From positions 192,001 through 256,000 of the forward strand of contig CAWAUM010000001.1 in the NCBI GenBank assembly GCA_963785235.1: 64,000 nucleotides of DNA. Direction: 5' to 3'. The position numbers and the translations under genes were made by a program. Positions within the stretch are counted from its first letter, which is position 1. Every line of letters begins with the position of its first letter. Source of the stretch: an uncultured delta proteobacterium (GTDB lineage: Bacteria > Desulfobacterota > Desulfomonilia > UBA1062). Positions 22,599 through 32,809 of this stretch are shown here, piece after piece. Below the pieces are notes generated by a model, which worked only from the letters and a program-made list of their open reading frames with translations, was not told the origin of the DNA and searched no databases.

Positions 22599-23297
22599 AT
22601 GCCGAGGTTTTTTGCTGAGATCACCCGGTTTCCTCTAGCCATCATTGCCGGCAAGGGAGCTGTGCGCCATATCACTGGCCCCTTAAGGAAGCGCAGCGGT
22701 GACAAGATCGCTATCCGGGTTGGGAACCGGGGCTTCCAGGCAAAGATCTCATCCATTGGTTCAGAAGAGATCCTGCTTGATATAATTGACGAAGAGGCCC
22801 TTCAGGACAGAAGCACGGCACACGTGCACCTGGCAATGTGCCTCTTCGACCTGAAGGATCTCGATGATGCCATCCGGTGCACAACGGAACTCGGTGTTTC
22901 AGGTATCTACCCGGTCATATCATCAAGGTCGAACATACGCTCCATAACCGAGGCTCGATTTGCACGGTGGCAGTCTATAATCCTTGAGGCGGTTAAACAG
23001 TGCGACAGGATGACAACCCCCGTCATCCACCGGCCGGTGTCTCTTGATACATTCATGGGTGAAGCATCTTCCCTGTGGGACACAAGGCTTGTGGCCCATA
23101 AAGAGGCGCAACATTCCATACTCGAATTCACGGGAAGCGATTGTTGTATTCTTATTGGTCCTGAAGGAGGGCTTTCTTCAGAAGAGCTTCGGCTGATTAC
23201 CCGGGGCGGTTTTATTCCGGTGAGATTGGGGAATACGATTCTCAGGTCTACCACGGCAGCAATGTGCGCTGTAAGTGTTCTTGGTCTGAATAAATAG
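22599..23297 (+). CDS. rsmE: 16S rRNA m3U1498 methyltransferase
   Basis: TELGV, EAVKQC, IGPEGG and LGNTILR motifs. Confidence 0.88.
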   Translation: MPRFFAEITRFPLAIIAGKGAVRHITGPLRKRSGDKIAIRVGNRGFQAKISSIGSEEILLDIIDEEALQDRSTAHVHLAMCLFDLKDLDDAIRCTTELGVSGIYPVISSRSNIRSITEARFARWQSIILEAVKQCDRMTTPVIHRPVSLDTFMGEASSLWDTRLVAHKEAQHSILEFTGSDCCILIGPEGGLSSEELRLITRGGFIPVRLGNTILRSTTAAMCAVSVLGLNK

Positions 23298-23329
23298 GGC
23301 ATCATCCGCCGGGTTGCGGATGATGCCCT
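23296..23329. terminator. Hairpin terminator between convergent genes
   Basis: 14-bp perfect stem AGGGCATCATCCGC / GCGGATGATGCCCT. Confidence 0.75.
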
Positions 23330-23343
23330 GTTTATTGCTTCGA

Positions 23344-25632
23344 TTACTTGGCCTTTCCTGATTGGAGGCGTGTGAGCTGCGCCTGCGCCTGTTGTTTTTC
23401 CGGGAACTGTTTGGTGCCGGCCAGGGATTTTTTCAGGTATGCAACAGCCTCAGTGTCTCGCTTGAGATCCATCAGGGCTAATGCCATATGATAGAGTATG
23501 GTCGGCTCATCTCCCAGTTTCTCTGAGGCCATCTGGAACTGGCCTAAGGCGTTATCGGGCAGGCCCTTTTTCAGATAGACGTAACCAAGGGTATCTGCAA
23601 CCCTTGGATCGTCAGGGTACATATCCTTGGCCGTTTGAGCTAATGTAAGGGCCTTATCAAGATCTCCCTTCTTTCCCTTCTCAGCGAGAACCCAGGCCAG
23701 GTTGTTTGCCGCAAGGCCATTTTTCGGGTTCTTGTCGAGGATATACTTATACACCTTTTGAGCAGACTCAAGATCCCCGGAGCTCTGATGGAGCAGGGCG
23801 AGCATGGTCGCTGCAGCAATATCATTGGGATTCTTGTTCAGGATAGCCTCATACTCCTCCAGGGCATTCTTCACCATGTTGTTCCGTGCATAGTATTGGG
23901 CCAGGACATGGTAGAATGCATCTTTTTTAGGGTCGAGCCCTATGGCTGTCTTTATCTCTGAGAGTGCCTCATCTTTCTTCCCCGAACCTTCCAGAAGTGC
24001 TGATAGTATCATATGGCAGCTTGCCGTACCTTTTGCGGTGCAGATGCCTTTTACCTTTGTAACGGCCCCGGGCCATCCGATTACCCCAGGGGCTGTGTAG
24101 GCAAAGAGCGATAAGGCCTCGTCATTTTGAGGGTAGAGGGTAACTGCGCGCTCAGCTATGAGGTAAGCATTCTTTTTATCATTTTGGTCCAGGTAGTAGC
24201 GGATTTGTGCATGGAGAGTGATCCATTCATTAGGAGAGATGGTTTTCATGGTTTCGATGTATGGCAGGGCCGCCTGGGGGCCTGAAGTCCTGAGCGCAGA
24301 CAGCGCACCGATATAGAGGATGTCAGGGGTGTTCACCGAATGTTTGACAAGGATTTCGGTTTCCGCAACTGCGGCCTTGAATTCGCCCTGGAGGAAGTGG
24401 ATTTTTGCCATCATCCTGTGGAGCTGAATATTCTGAGCATTCTCCTTAAGGGAATTCTCAACAAGTTCCTTGGCCTTTTTCACGTCACCTTTCATGATGT
24501 AGGCCTGTGCTGCTGTTGATGCAACATCCGGGGTTAGGGGAGCCCTTTTCAGGGGTTCACTGAGCATCTCTATGGCCTTGGTGCTGTCTTTTTCATCCAG
24601 GAATATCCGGGCAAGCATGATTCTTGATAATATGTCGCCGGGATCCTTCTCCATTGTCTCGGTAAGCAATTTCTTTGCCTGAGCAGCGTCTTTTTTCTCC
24701 AGGAGGATCTGTGCGATAAGGGTGCGGATCTGGGTTGAATCTTTCAGCTCGCGGGCTTTTTGAGCTGTTTTCAAGGCGCCGTCCAGGTCATGCTTCTTGT
24801 GGAGTATGGAGGACTCCAGGAGATAAGGTTCAGGGCTTTGCGGAGAGTTCTTTTTCAACGCTGCAAGCTGGGCCTGATAAAGGTCCTCCATGTCATGGCG
24901 GGCATAGAACATGGCCAAAGCAACCCCGGCAGAGACATTGCCGCCTGAAACACGATAGGCCTCTTCGGCCCACTTCCTGGCAGTGGCAAGGTCTTTCTTG
25001 AGCGCATAGATATCGCTTGCTACAAAACGCAGCTTTGTTGATTTGGGGAACAGGGGGGTTCCCTTATTTACCAAGGTTATGGCATCATCGACCCTTCCCA
25101 CAGACATATACATTTGAATGGTATTTATATACATATCCTCTGTGGGATTCTGTACCGCAAGAAGCCCTTCCATGACCTTAATCCCTTGCTCCCGCTTCCC
25201 GTTCATGAACAGGGATTGCGCCAGTACCTCTTTTGCGAGAATATTCTTTGAGTCGGTTTGAAGGATCGTGGAGGCCTGCTGTTCTGCCAGATCAAATCTT
25301 TTAGCGAGCAGGAGCATGGAAGCGAGGTATTCTCTGGACTTTACATTCTTTGGATCAGCTTGAGAGGCCTTCATGAAGGCAGAGTATGCCTCCTGCGGAC
25401 GGCTCAGTTTCAGCTGCGCCTCACCAAGGCTGATGAGTGTTTTAACATCATCGGGGGTTATCTGCAGGGCATTCTGGTATTGGATCGCGGCCTCTGCATA
25501 TTTCCCCTTGTCCAGGTATTTCTGAGCGCTTGAGAGGTAGTCCTGCCGTTTTTCCTGCGGGCTCTTGCTGCATCCGTTAAGGACAACCATTGAAATAAAA
25601 ATAAGCACTAAGAGCAGAGTGATCCTCTTCAT
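23344..25632 (-). CDS. TPR-repeat lipoprotein (PEP-CTERM system PrsT-like)
   Basis: Lipobox-like VLNGC, many TPRs, C-terminal ANNLAWV and DTLGYVY. Divergent from a sugar transferase. Confidence 0.8.
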   Translation of the reverse strand: MKRITLLLVLIFISMVVLNGCSKSPQEKRQDYLSSAQKYLDKGKYAEAAIQYQNALQITPDDVKTLISLGEAQLKLSRPQEAYSAFMKASQADPKNVKSREYLASMLLLAKRFDLAEQQASTILQTDSKNILAKEVLAQSLFMNGKREQGIKVMEGLLAVQNPTEDMYINTIQMYMSVGRVDDAITLVNKGTPLFPKSTKLRFVASDIYALKKDLATARKWAEEAYRVSGGNVSAGVALAMFYARHDMEDLYQAQLAALKKNSPQSPEPYLLESSILHKKHDLDGALKTAQKARELKDSTQIRTLIAQILLEKKDAAQAKKLLTETMEKDPGDILSRIMLARIFLDEKDSTKAIEMLSEPLKRAPLTPDVASTAAQAYIMKGDVKKAKELVENSLKENAQNIQLHRMMAKIHFLQGEFKAAVAETEILVKHSVNTPDILYIGALSALRTSGPQAALPYIETMKTISPNEWITLHAQIRYYLDQNDKKNAYLIAERAVTLYPQNDEALSLFAYTAPGVIGWPGAVTKVKGICTAKGTASCHMILSALLEGSGKKDEALSEIKTAIGLDPKKDAFYHVLAQYYARNNMVKNALEEYEAILNKNPNDIAAATMLALLHQSSGDLESAQKVYKYILDKNPKNGLAANNLAWVLAEKGKKGDLDKALTLAQTAKDMYPDDPRVADTLGYVYLKKGLPDNALGQFQMASEKLGDEPTILYHMALALMDLKRDTEAVAYLKKSLAGTKQFPEKQQAQAQLTRLQSGKAK

Positions 25633-25922
25633 AATTCCCCCTGTAGTAAATGGGTTCACGATAACACAGTTGGCAAAAGAGGAAAAGGAACAAGAAGCTT
25701 CTAAGGGTGAAATCATTCGTATTATCTCCATGTTCTTGTGAACTGCTTAAAATTTCATGTAAATTGTCATTGACGACTCAGGGGATCATCTGTGATAGAA
25801 CAGAGCAGTGATCTATTTTCATGCCTTAGTAAACGATCTTGTGTGCTGGAATGATAAACAATCGAACAATGGGCTTTGTGAGCTATTTAAATTTAATAGA
25901 TGTTTTTCCGATGTAGGGTAAG

Positions 25923-27275
25923 ATGAGAAGGTTTTTTTCAACAGCCATACTATTTGTTCTTGATATTATTGTTGCCGGCGGTTCTGTGTACGTCGCGAAG
26001 TTTATTCAGAGGTTTCTTCCCGGGGTAAGCCTTCCGGATGAATTCATGTGGATTAAGGCATGTGTATATACCCTTATCACGCTCGTTTGTTTCTATTTCC
26101 AGGAACTTTATGACTGGAAATACTGGAAAAAGGCCTCAGAGCTTATTTCTTCCATCCTTCTTGGTGAAGGCCTGACGCTGATCATTCTTGCCTTAATTTA
26201 TTATATTCTCACCAGCATCAGTCTTGAAAGAGATGTGCTTCTCATGGCTATTGCCATAACATCCGGATTTTCATTTATGTTCCGTCTCCTCTACCTCAAA
26301 TTGCGATTCACCCACTATGCCGGTTTAAAGGTGGTGATTTTAGGTGATGGAGAGAATGCCAAGTTCCTGTTTCGAGAAATTCGCTCCGGCGGCTATCCCG
26401 TAATCTTTGAAGGGTATATCGGCCGCAGCAACTGGGATTTGCCGTTACGGTGCCTGGGTGAAGCCCCCTCTCTGGTCGATATTGTACATAAAATTGATCC
26501 CGATGTCCTCGTTGTTGCACCGGATGGCTGGCGGGGAACCCTGCCCATTGAGGCCTTACTCAAGATAAAGTTCACCTTGTGTGAAGTCATTGACAGTCCA
26601 ACCTTCTATGAGCGGATAACCGGCAGAATTCTTGTTGAAGAGATCCGCCCAAGCTCCATAATATTTACAAGGGGTTTTCAGAGCGCACGATTTGAAGACC
26701 TCATCAAGCGCCTGTTTGACCTGGTCTTCGCCCTGTTCGGGCTTATCATTACAGCACCGATCATGCTGCTCACCGCTATTGCCATCCGCATCGAATCTCC
26801 GGGTCCCATCTTCTATCTCCAGCACAGGGTCGGTATGGATGGTAAGGATTTCAAGGTGATCAAGTTCAGATCCATGCGTCAGGATGCAGAGAAAGACGGT
26901 CCCAAGTGGGCCAGCCAGAACGATCCCCGCATCACCCAAGTGGGCAGGATCATCAGGAAGCTGAGGATGGACGAACTGCCCCAGTTTATCAATGTGATTA
27001 AAAACGATATGAGCTTTGTGGGCCCGAGGCCTGAGAGGCGCTATTTCGTGGATCAACTCGAAAAGGCCATACCCTTCTATGCCTTGCGGATGCATGCGAA
27101 ACCGGGGATTACAGGCTGGGCTCAGATCAATTACCCATATGGCGATACCTTTGAAGATGCCAAGGAGAAGCTGAAATTTGAGCTCTATTACATGAAGCAC
27201 CGCTCCATGTGGCTCGATCTCGTAATCATCTTCCAGACCATCAAGGTGGCGATCAAGGGCAAAGGGTCGCAATAG
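25923..27275 (+). CDS. Exopolysaccharide polyprenyl glycosylphosphotransferase (PEP-CTERM/exosortase-associated type)
   Basis: N-terminal TMs, FYERITG, KFRSM, DELPQ, GPRPER and KPGITGWAQINYPYG motifs. Confidence 0.9.
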   Translation: MRRFFSTAILFVLDIIVAGGSVYVAKFIQRFLPGVSLPDEFMWIKACVYTLITLVCFYFQELYDWKYWKKASELISSILLGEGLTLIILALIYYILTSISLERDVLLMAIAITSGFSFMFRLLYLKLRFTHYAGLKVVILGDGENAKFLFREIRSGGYPVIFEGYIGRSNWDLPLRCLGEAPSLVDIVHKIDPDVLVVAPDGWRGTLPIEALLKIKFTLCEVIDSPTFYERITGRILVEEIRPSSIIFTRGFQSARFEDLIKRLFDLVFALFGLIITAPIMLLTAIAIRIESPGPIFYLQHRVGMDGKDFKVIKFRSMRQDAEKDGPKWASQNDPRITQVGRIIRKLRMDELPQFINVIKNDMSFVGPRPERRYFVDQLEKAIPFYALRMHAKPGITGWAQINYPYGDTFEDAKEKLKFELYYMKHRSMWLDLVIIFQTIKVAIKGKGSQ

Positions 27276-27288
27276 TTGCTCGATACTT

Positions 27289-27311
27289 GTAGGAGCGGCT
27301 TCAGCCGCGAT
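27289..27311 (+). repeat. GTAG-type REP-like palindrome
   Basis: GTAG-GA-GCGGCT-TC-AGCCGC-GAT between convergent genes. Confidence 0.65.
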
Positions 27312-27326
27312 CGCGGAAAATCTATT

Positions 27327-28073
27327 TTACAAGGTACTCAGAATAACAGGCCCGTCCGCGGTAATAGCGATGCTGTGTTCGAAATGTGCAGACAGGGATC
27401 CGTCGGCGGTAACGGCTGTCCAGCCGTCATTACGTATGGCAACCTTCCATGTCCCTTCATTGACCATGGGTTCAATGGCAAAGGTCATGCCCTCCTGAAG
27501 CACAGGGCCGGAGCCCTTCTTTCCGAAATTGGGGATCTGAGGGTCTTCATGGAGGCCCCTGCCGATGCCGTGGCCTACAAATTCTCTCACTACAAAGAAT
27601 CCTGCTGATTCAACAACCTTCTGGATAGCTTCCGAGATGTCATGAAGGTGATTTCCGGCAACCGCCTTGCTGATGCCCTCATAAAGGGATTTCTCCGTCA
27701 CCTCCATGAGATGCCTGGCCTTCTTGGATATGGTGCCCACGGCATAGGTCTTGGATGCATCCGAGTAGAAGCCGTTGTGTATCGCCCCCACATCAATGCT
27801 CACGATATCACCGGCTGTAAGCTTGCGGGGCCCGGGTATGCCGTGGATTACTTCTTCGTTTATGGAGGTGCACAGCGTGGCAGGGTAGCCGCTGTAGCCT
27901 TTGAAGGCAGGGGCTGCACTGTGTGAGCGAATGAACAGCTCAGCCTCTTTGTCGAGTTCGGCCGTGGTGATTCCCGGCTGGATCATTGGCCCCATGTGCT
28001 CGAACAGGAGGGCCAGAATCCTGTTTCCCTCCCGCATTATTGCTATTTCCTGGGGCGTTTTAAGGATGATCAT
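27327..28073 (-). CDS. map: Methionine aminopeptidase type I
   Basis: SINEEVIHGIP, GHGIG, AIEPM and SAHFEH motifs. Confidence 0.96.
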   Translation of the reverse strand: MIILKTPQEIAIMREGNRILALLFEHMGPMIQPGITTAELDKEAELFIRSHSAAPAFKGYSGYPATLCTSINEEVIHGIPGPRKLTAGDIVSIDVGAIHNGFYSDASKTYAVGTISKKARHLMEVTEKSLYEGISKAVAGNHLHDISEAIQKVVESAGFFVVREFVGHGIGRGLHEDPQIPNFGKKGSGPVLQEGMTFAIEPMVNEGTWKVAIRNDGWTAVTADGSLSAHFEHSIAITADGPVILSTL

Positions 28074-28948
28074 CCATCCAGGACCTTTTTCAGGGGATAT
28101 TCGATAATGCCCCGTGCACCGGCCTTCAACAGCTCCGGCATCAATGACCGCGCCTGGGATTCATTGATGATGATTTCCAGTGAATACCAGTTCGGGTTAT
28201 GCAGCGGCGAGACCGTGGGTGAAGTGATGGCCGGCAGCATGTCGATGACGGCATCAAGCTTTTCCTTGGGTGCATTCATCTTCAGTCCCACCATGCCTGT
28301 GGCCTGCAGGGCCGCCTTGAGCATGAGGGAGATCTGCTCGATCTTGGCGCGTTTGGCAGGGTCCTTCCAGGATTCTTTGTTGGCAATGAGCTTCGTATTG
28401 GTTACGAGCAGGGTATCTATTATCTTCAGGTTGTGTGCCTTAATGGTGGACCCGGTCTCGGTAACTTCCACGATGGCATCCGCCAGGCCTTCCACCACCT
28501 TTGCCTCTGTGGCGCCCCAGGAGAATTCAACCTCCACGTTGATGTTTCTCTCCTTGAAGAACTTTTTCGTGAAGTTCACCAGTTCCGTGGCGATCTTCTT
28601 GCCTTCAAGGTCTTCAAGTTTCTTGATGGAGGATTTCTCATCCACGGCCAGAACCCACTTGGCAGGCTTGTAGGTGGCCTTTGAGTAGATGAGGTCAGCC
28701 ACCTCCACCACATCGGATTCATTTTCGAGGATCCAGTCCCTGCCGGTCAGCGCAAGATCGAACAGGCCTGATTCAACATACCTCGATACCTCCTGCGCCC
28801 TCACCAGGGCACATTCGATGTCCGCGTCATCAATGGAGGGAAAATAGCTCCGCGATGACGTGCCGATTATCCATCCTGCATCCCTGAACAGCTCAACGGT
28901 GGAGGTCTGCAGGCTTCCCTTGGGTATTGCCAAACGGATCAGGCTCAT
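28070..28948 (-). CDS. hisG: ATP phosphoribosyltransferase (long form)
   Basis: AIPKGSL, GATEAK, ETGST and C-terminal SPTVSPL motifs. Confidence 0.96.
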   Translation of the reverse strand: MSLIRLAIPKGSLQTSTVELFRDAGWIIGTSSRSYFPSIDDADIECALVRAQEVSRYVESGLFDLALTGRDWILENESDVVEVADLIYSKATYKPAKWVLAVDEKSSIKKLEDLEGKKIATELVNFTKKFFKERNINVEVEFSWGATEAKVVEGLADAIVEVTETGSTIKAHNLKIIDTLLVTNTKLIANKESWKDPAKRAKIEQISLMLKAALQATGMVGLKMNAPKEKLDAVIDMLPAITSPTVSPLHNPNWYSLEIIINESQARSLMPELLKAGARGIIEYPLKKVLDG

Positions 28949-29329
28949 TTCTTGTATACCTCTTTCGGGTCAAAGACCCTTATACCGTCTTCGACCAGGA
29001 TTCCTTTTTCTATCTTTCTGAAGAAGCATGAACGGAAACCGGTGTGGCAGGCAGCCCCTCCAACCTGATTCACCTTGAGCACAATGGTATCCTGGTCACA
29101 GTCTATGCGGATTTCCACAACGTCCTGAACATTACCGGATTCCTCACCCTTTCTCCAGAGCTTGTTCCGGGAGCGGCTGAAGTAGCATGCCCTGCCTGGT
29201 GCGCATGGTTTCATCGAATGATTCCTGATTCATATAGGCGAGCATCAGGATCTCGCCGGTGGCTGCATCCTGCGCGATGGCGGGGACAAGCCCGCCTGAC
29301 TTTGCGAAATCGACCAGATTTTCCATCAA
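28945..29329 (-). CDS. hisI: Phosphoribosyl-AMP cyclohydrolase, frameshift near 29190
   Basis: LVPAIAQD and MLAYMN in one frame; [20 protein letters not shown] and [10 protein letters not shown] in the next. Confidence 0.92.
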
Positions 29330-29411
29330 ATGCCTCCTGAATGCTGAGCCTTAACAGGTTTTTACAAAGCGTGTCAAGGGGACAAGGTCTGTGTTGAAAC
29401 GGGTTGAAACG

Positions 29412-30266
29412 GGGGACGGGTTCTCATTTCACAGTCCAACCGTCATTTTCCGTTTCGGTTTTCTCCCCACTTTCTTCAAATCAAATGTCCTCCCGAGCAC
29501 CCTCGTCATCTCAAGTTGAAATCTGCTGTTTCCATAAGCCCAATTCCTCTGGATCGATTCCCGTATGCTCTTCCACTCCTCTTCGTGAACACGGTTCTGA
29601 ACGAAGTCCCTATATTTCTGCTGTCTCTGTTTGTCTGTATCCCCAAGTCCCAGATAGCATGGATCAGCATCCAGGATAGAATGAACTCCTGCACCCACAC
29701 CTATCTTTGCCCGGTAGCTGCTGTAACGGTATTCTTCAGGTTTTTCTACGATACCTGCCCTGACAGGGTTCATCTCGATATACCTGCTGCATGCAAGCAT
29801 ATACTGGTCGGTTGATATTGCACTACTCTTGAAACGGCCTTCCCACAAAGTCCCGCTCCTTTTCTGATATCTGTTAATATACTGCACATGTCTCTGACTT
29901 ACATGCTTCACGAATTTTGCCAGGTCTTCTCCTGTTGCCTCAGACTCTGCTATCAGATGAAAATGGTTTGTCATCAGGGCATAGCTGTATATTCTGCAGG
30001 AGTACTTCTGTTTCGCCAGTGACATCACATCCAGAAAGAATGCATAGTCCTCGTCATTGAAGAATATCGCCTGGCGGTTGTTTCCCCGGTTGAGTACGTG
30101 ATATGGAGTTCTGGCTATTGCCCCTCGTGCATATCTACCCATGGTATCTGGCATCCATTAACAAGTGATTTCAACTAATACATCTCTACAATATCAGTTT
30201 TTCATGCGCAAAGCTACACATTGAAATGAGAGTCATAAACAAGGAAAGAAATGAGAACCCGTCCCC
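29412..30266. mobile_element. RAYT-type transposase locus bounded by 19-bp perfect inverted repeats
   Basis: GGGGACGGGTTCTCATTTC (29412-29430) is the exact reverse complement of GAAATGAGAACCCGTCCCC (30248-30266). Extra partial copy at 30279-30296. Confidence 0.75.
29429..30142 (-). CDS. REP-associated tyrosine transposase (Y1 HUH family)
   Basis: YHVLNRGNNRQAIF, LMTNHFHL (HUH), LWEGRFKS, YIEMNPVRAG and YRYSSY motifs. Confidence 0.9.
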   Translation of the reverse strand: MGRYARGAIARTPYHVLNRGNNRQAIFFNDEDYAFFLDVMSLAKQKYSCRIYSYALMTNHFHLIAESEATGEDLAKFVKHVSQRHVQYINRYQKRSGTLWEGRFKSSAISTDQYMLACSRYIEMNPVRAGIVEKPEEYRYSSYRAKIGVGAGVHSILDADPCYLGLGDTDKQRQQKYRDFVQNRVHEEEWKSIRESIQRNWAYGNSRFQLEMTRVLGRTFDLKKVGRKPKRKMTVGL

Positions 30267-30308
30267 AATTTAACAATTAGAACCCGTCCCCAATTTATCC
30301 CCTACAAT

Positions 30309-30680
30309 TTAATTCCGGAGATGCACCGGCAATACTGCATGGAGTTTCCGATCAAGTGTCCAGACCGTAGCACCTACTCTCAAGGCGGCACTCATTATGG
30401 CTGCATCTATCAGACCTACCCCTTTTGACAGCAGCTTGTTCGTATTTGAATACTTACCTGCCTCTATCCAGATGCCCTGTGCATCAATCTTGGATATATT
30501 GTTCCAATAGTCCAGGATTACATCGGATTCACGCTTGTTCTTGGCTCCCTGAAGAAGCTCGGCGAATATCCACTCCAGAGCGATTATTTTACGACTCTCC
30601 AATAGTGTTTTAACAGCAGGGTAAATCTCGTCGTTTGCTTTGAAAAACTCAATCCAGACAGAGGTGTCGAGGATAACCAT
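30309..30680 (-). CDS. PIN-domain toxin (VapC family)
   Basis: ILDTSVWI, AELLQG, LIDAAI and WTLD acidic PIN motifs. Confidence 0.88.
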   Translation of the reverse strand: MVILDTSVWIEFFKANDEIYPAVKTLLESRKIIALEWIFAELLQGAKNKRESDVILDYWNNISKIDAQGIWIEAGKYSNTNKLLSKGVGLIDAAIMSAALRVGATVWTLDRKLHAVLPVHLRN

Positions 30681-30892
30681 TATCTGCGATTTATGGAACG
30701 TACGTTCTCAGCCGAAAAACCCTTTAAAAATTCGAGCGGCTTGTCTTTCACGCTCCCGTTCAATTCCTTAATCTTCTTGAGAGCAAGCCATTCCTCAAGT
30801 GCAATGGTCAAGCTCTCTGTTAAGGTTTTACCTTTGGCATAATGTCTAAGTTCATGAACAAGGTCGTCAGGGATAAGTGCTGTAACCTTCAT
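30680..30892 (-). CDS. Antitoxin (VapB-like)
   Basis: About 70 aa starting MKVTALIPDDLV; stop overlaps the PIN gene start. Confidence 0.8.
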   Translation of the reverse strand: MKVTALIPDDLVHELRHYAKGKTLTESLTIALEEWLALKKIKELNGSVKDKPLEFLKGFSAENVRSINRR

Positions 30893-30962
30893 AAGATCAG
30901 ATATACGATCAGTAATCGTATTTGTCAACAGATAACTTGAAATTAGTAAAGTGTCCGCCTGA

Positions 30963-32316
30963 CTATGGCTTGTTCACGCACAAGCCGAGACAATCTTCAG
31001 CTGCCTCCTTGAGCAGCTCTGCCATGGTGGGGTGGGGGTAATGGGGCTTGATGAAGTCCTCCATATGGAATCCTTTTTCAATGGCCAGTGTTGCCCATGA
31101 GATGAGTTCTGTTGCATGAGGGGCCATGATGGTCACCCGCTCCATCTTCCCTTCAGGGCTGCAATACACGGTTGCGAATCCCTCCGAGGCCTCCATGGTC
31201 CGAGCCCTGCCCAGGGCGGATACGGGGAAGGTGCCTTTTTTTACAAGCAGAGGATTCACCTGTTTGCCGACCGAGGCTATCTCGGGGTTTGTAAAGACAA
31301 TTGATGGTATGGCTGAATAGTCCATAGTCTGGGAGCCGCCTGTAATGCTGTCCACAGCAACGAAAGCCTCTTTTGATGCGACATAGGCATACATGTGTGA
31401 GCCGGTCACATCCCCGATGGCATAGATGCCCGGGATGTTCGTACGCATGGAGCTGTCTACCCGGATGCCTCTTGATGGGGTAAGCGTAAGACCTTCAGCG
31501 TGCAGTCCTTCCGGGATGACCGGCTCCCTGCCGATGCAGAGCAACAGGCCTTCTGCTGTTACGGTTTCAATCCCGCCCGGTGATTCTACCAATAATTTGA
31601 ATGCGGGGCTCTTTTCCATGGCTGTTATTCTCGCTGATGTGATGAACCGCACATTCCTGTATTGTGATACAAGCGCTCTGGAAACCTCTTCATCTTCGGT
31701 GGCAAGGATCCTGTCAAGTGCCTCGATAACCGTAACCTCAGCGCCAAGGTTCGAAAATACGTGGGCCATCTCCATGCCGATCACTCCTGCGCCGACAATG
31801 AGGAGAGAGGAAGGGAGCTGCCTCATATCAAAGATCTCATCACTTGTCAGGACCCCGTCATGCCTGAACAGGCCGGGCCTTTTCGGGCAAGAACCGGTAG
31901 CAATAATGATTGCAGCAGCATACAATTTGATCATCCCCGATTTGAATGGAATTCTCTGTCAGGAACCCGGCATATCCCCTATAGATCTCTACTCCGGCTT
32001 GGTTCAGCAGGTACTCGATGCCCTTTGCCAGCCTTGTTACGATCCTGGTCTTGCGCTTGTAAAGACCCTCGAGGGTCAAAGTGGCTGCCCCTGTCTCAAT
32101 CCCGAACCGCCGGGCATTTTTCATGTGATCATAGAGGTTGATGCTTTCAATATAGGTCTTGGCAGGGATGCACCCCTTGTTCGTACAGGTGCCCCCGAAG
32201 TTGGAGCCTTCGGCAATACCGACCCGCAGGCCCTTTTTTGCACCGAGCAGTGCGGCAGTATACCCGCCCGGCCCTGTGCCTATGACAAAAAGATCGTATG
32301 GCTTCTGCGTGGCCAT
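30963..32316 (-). CDS. lpdA: Dihydrolipoyl dehydrogenase, frameshift near 31930
   Basis: GTGPGG, GGTCTNKGCIP redox disulfide, GAGVIG and HPTMAE motifs. Confidence 0.85.
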
Positions 32317-32318
32317 TT

Positions 32319-32625
32319 CTAAGTCTTTTTCCTCTTCTTATTGGGGATGGGGTAGAAGATATCTATGTAAGTATGCTTGAAGACCCCTAAGGCCTCCCGG
32401 TGAATCATCAGCATCTCCCTCCGGGTGTAGTGCGAGTTTGTGAAGCTCGTTAAATTTCTCCACAAGGGAGTTGTATTCCTCAATGTTTTGTATTTGGCCC
32501 ATAAGGGCATCCAGCTCTTTGAGCTGCTCAAGGACCGACTCGAGTTGATGTCCGGAGCTGCCCAGGGCCTTGGCCATCTCCTCCATGAGTTCCTGCTGTG
32601 TCTTGTCAATGCTGTCTTTCACCAC
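32319..32625 (-). CDS. Small helical hypothetical protein, one frameshift
   Basis: Joined frames give ...QELMEEMAKALG...EYN...REMLMIHREALG...YPIP; abuts lpdA. Confidence 0.55.
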
Positions 32626-32809
32626 ACAATGGGCTATAGCACACAAGGCCCATGGCGATAAAGGGCCTGACGCAACCACGGGCCACAAGGTGATAATTCG
32701 AACAGGAATCCGTATTCTCCGGAACGATTCTATGGTAGGATACCAACATCTTAGCGGATAAAGAATCTCCTCCTGATATCCGATAAGCAGGCCTATACGG
32801 AGGGTTATT

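Noticed and set aside
29393-29413. GTTGAAAC repeated twice, resembling a CRISPR repeat end
   Set aside because: Only a 10-nt tandem duplication with no spacers and no cas genes. No CRISPR array was found in the window.
31905-31935. CCC Cys-rich tail on the lpdA N-terminal fragment
   Set aside because: Out-of-frame reading past the indel; the other frame gives the expected AAAIIIATGS.
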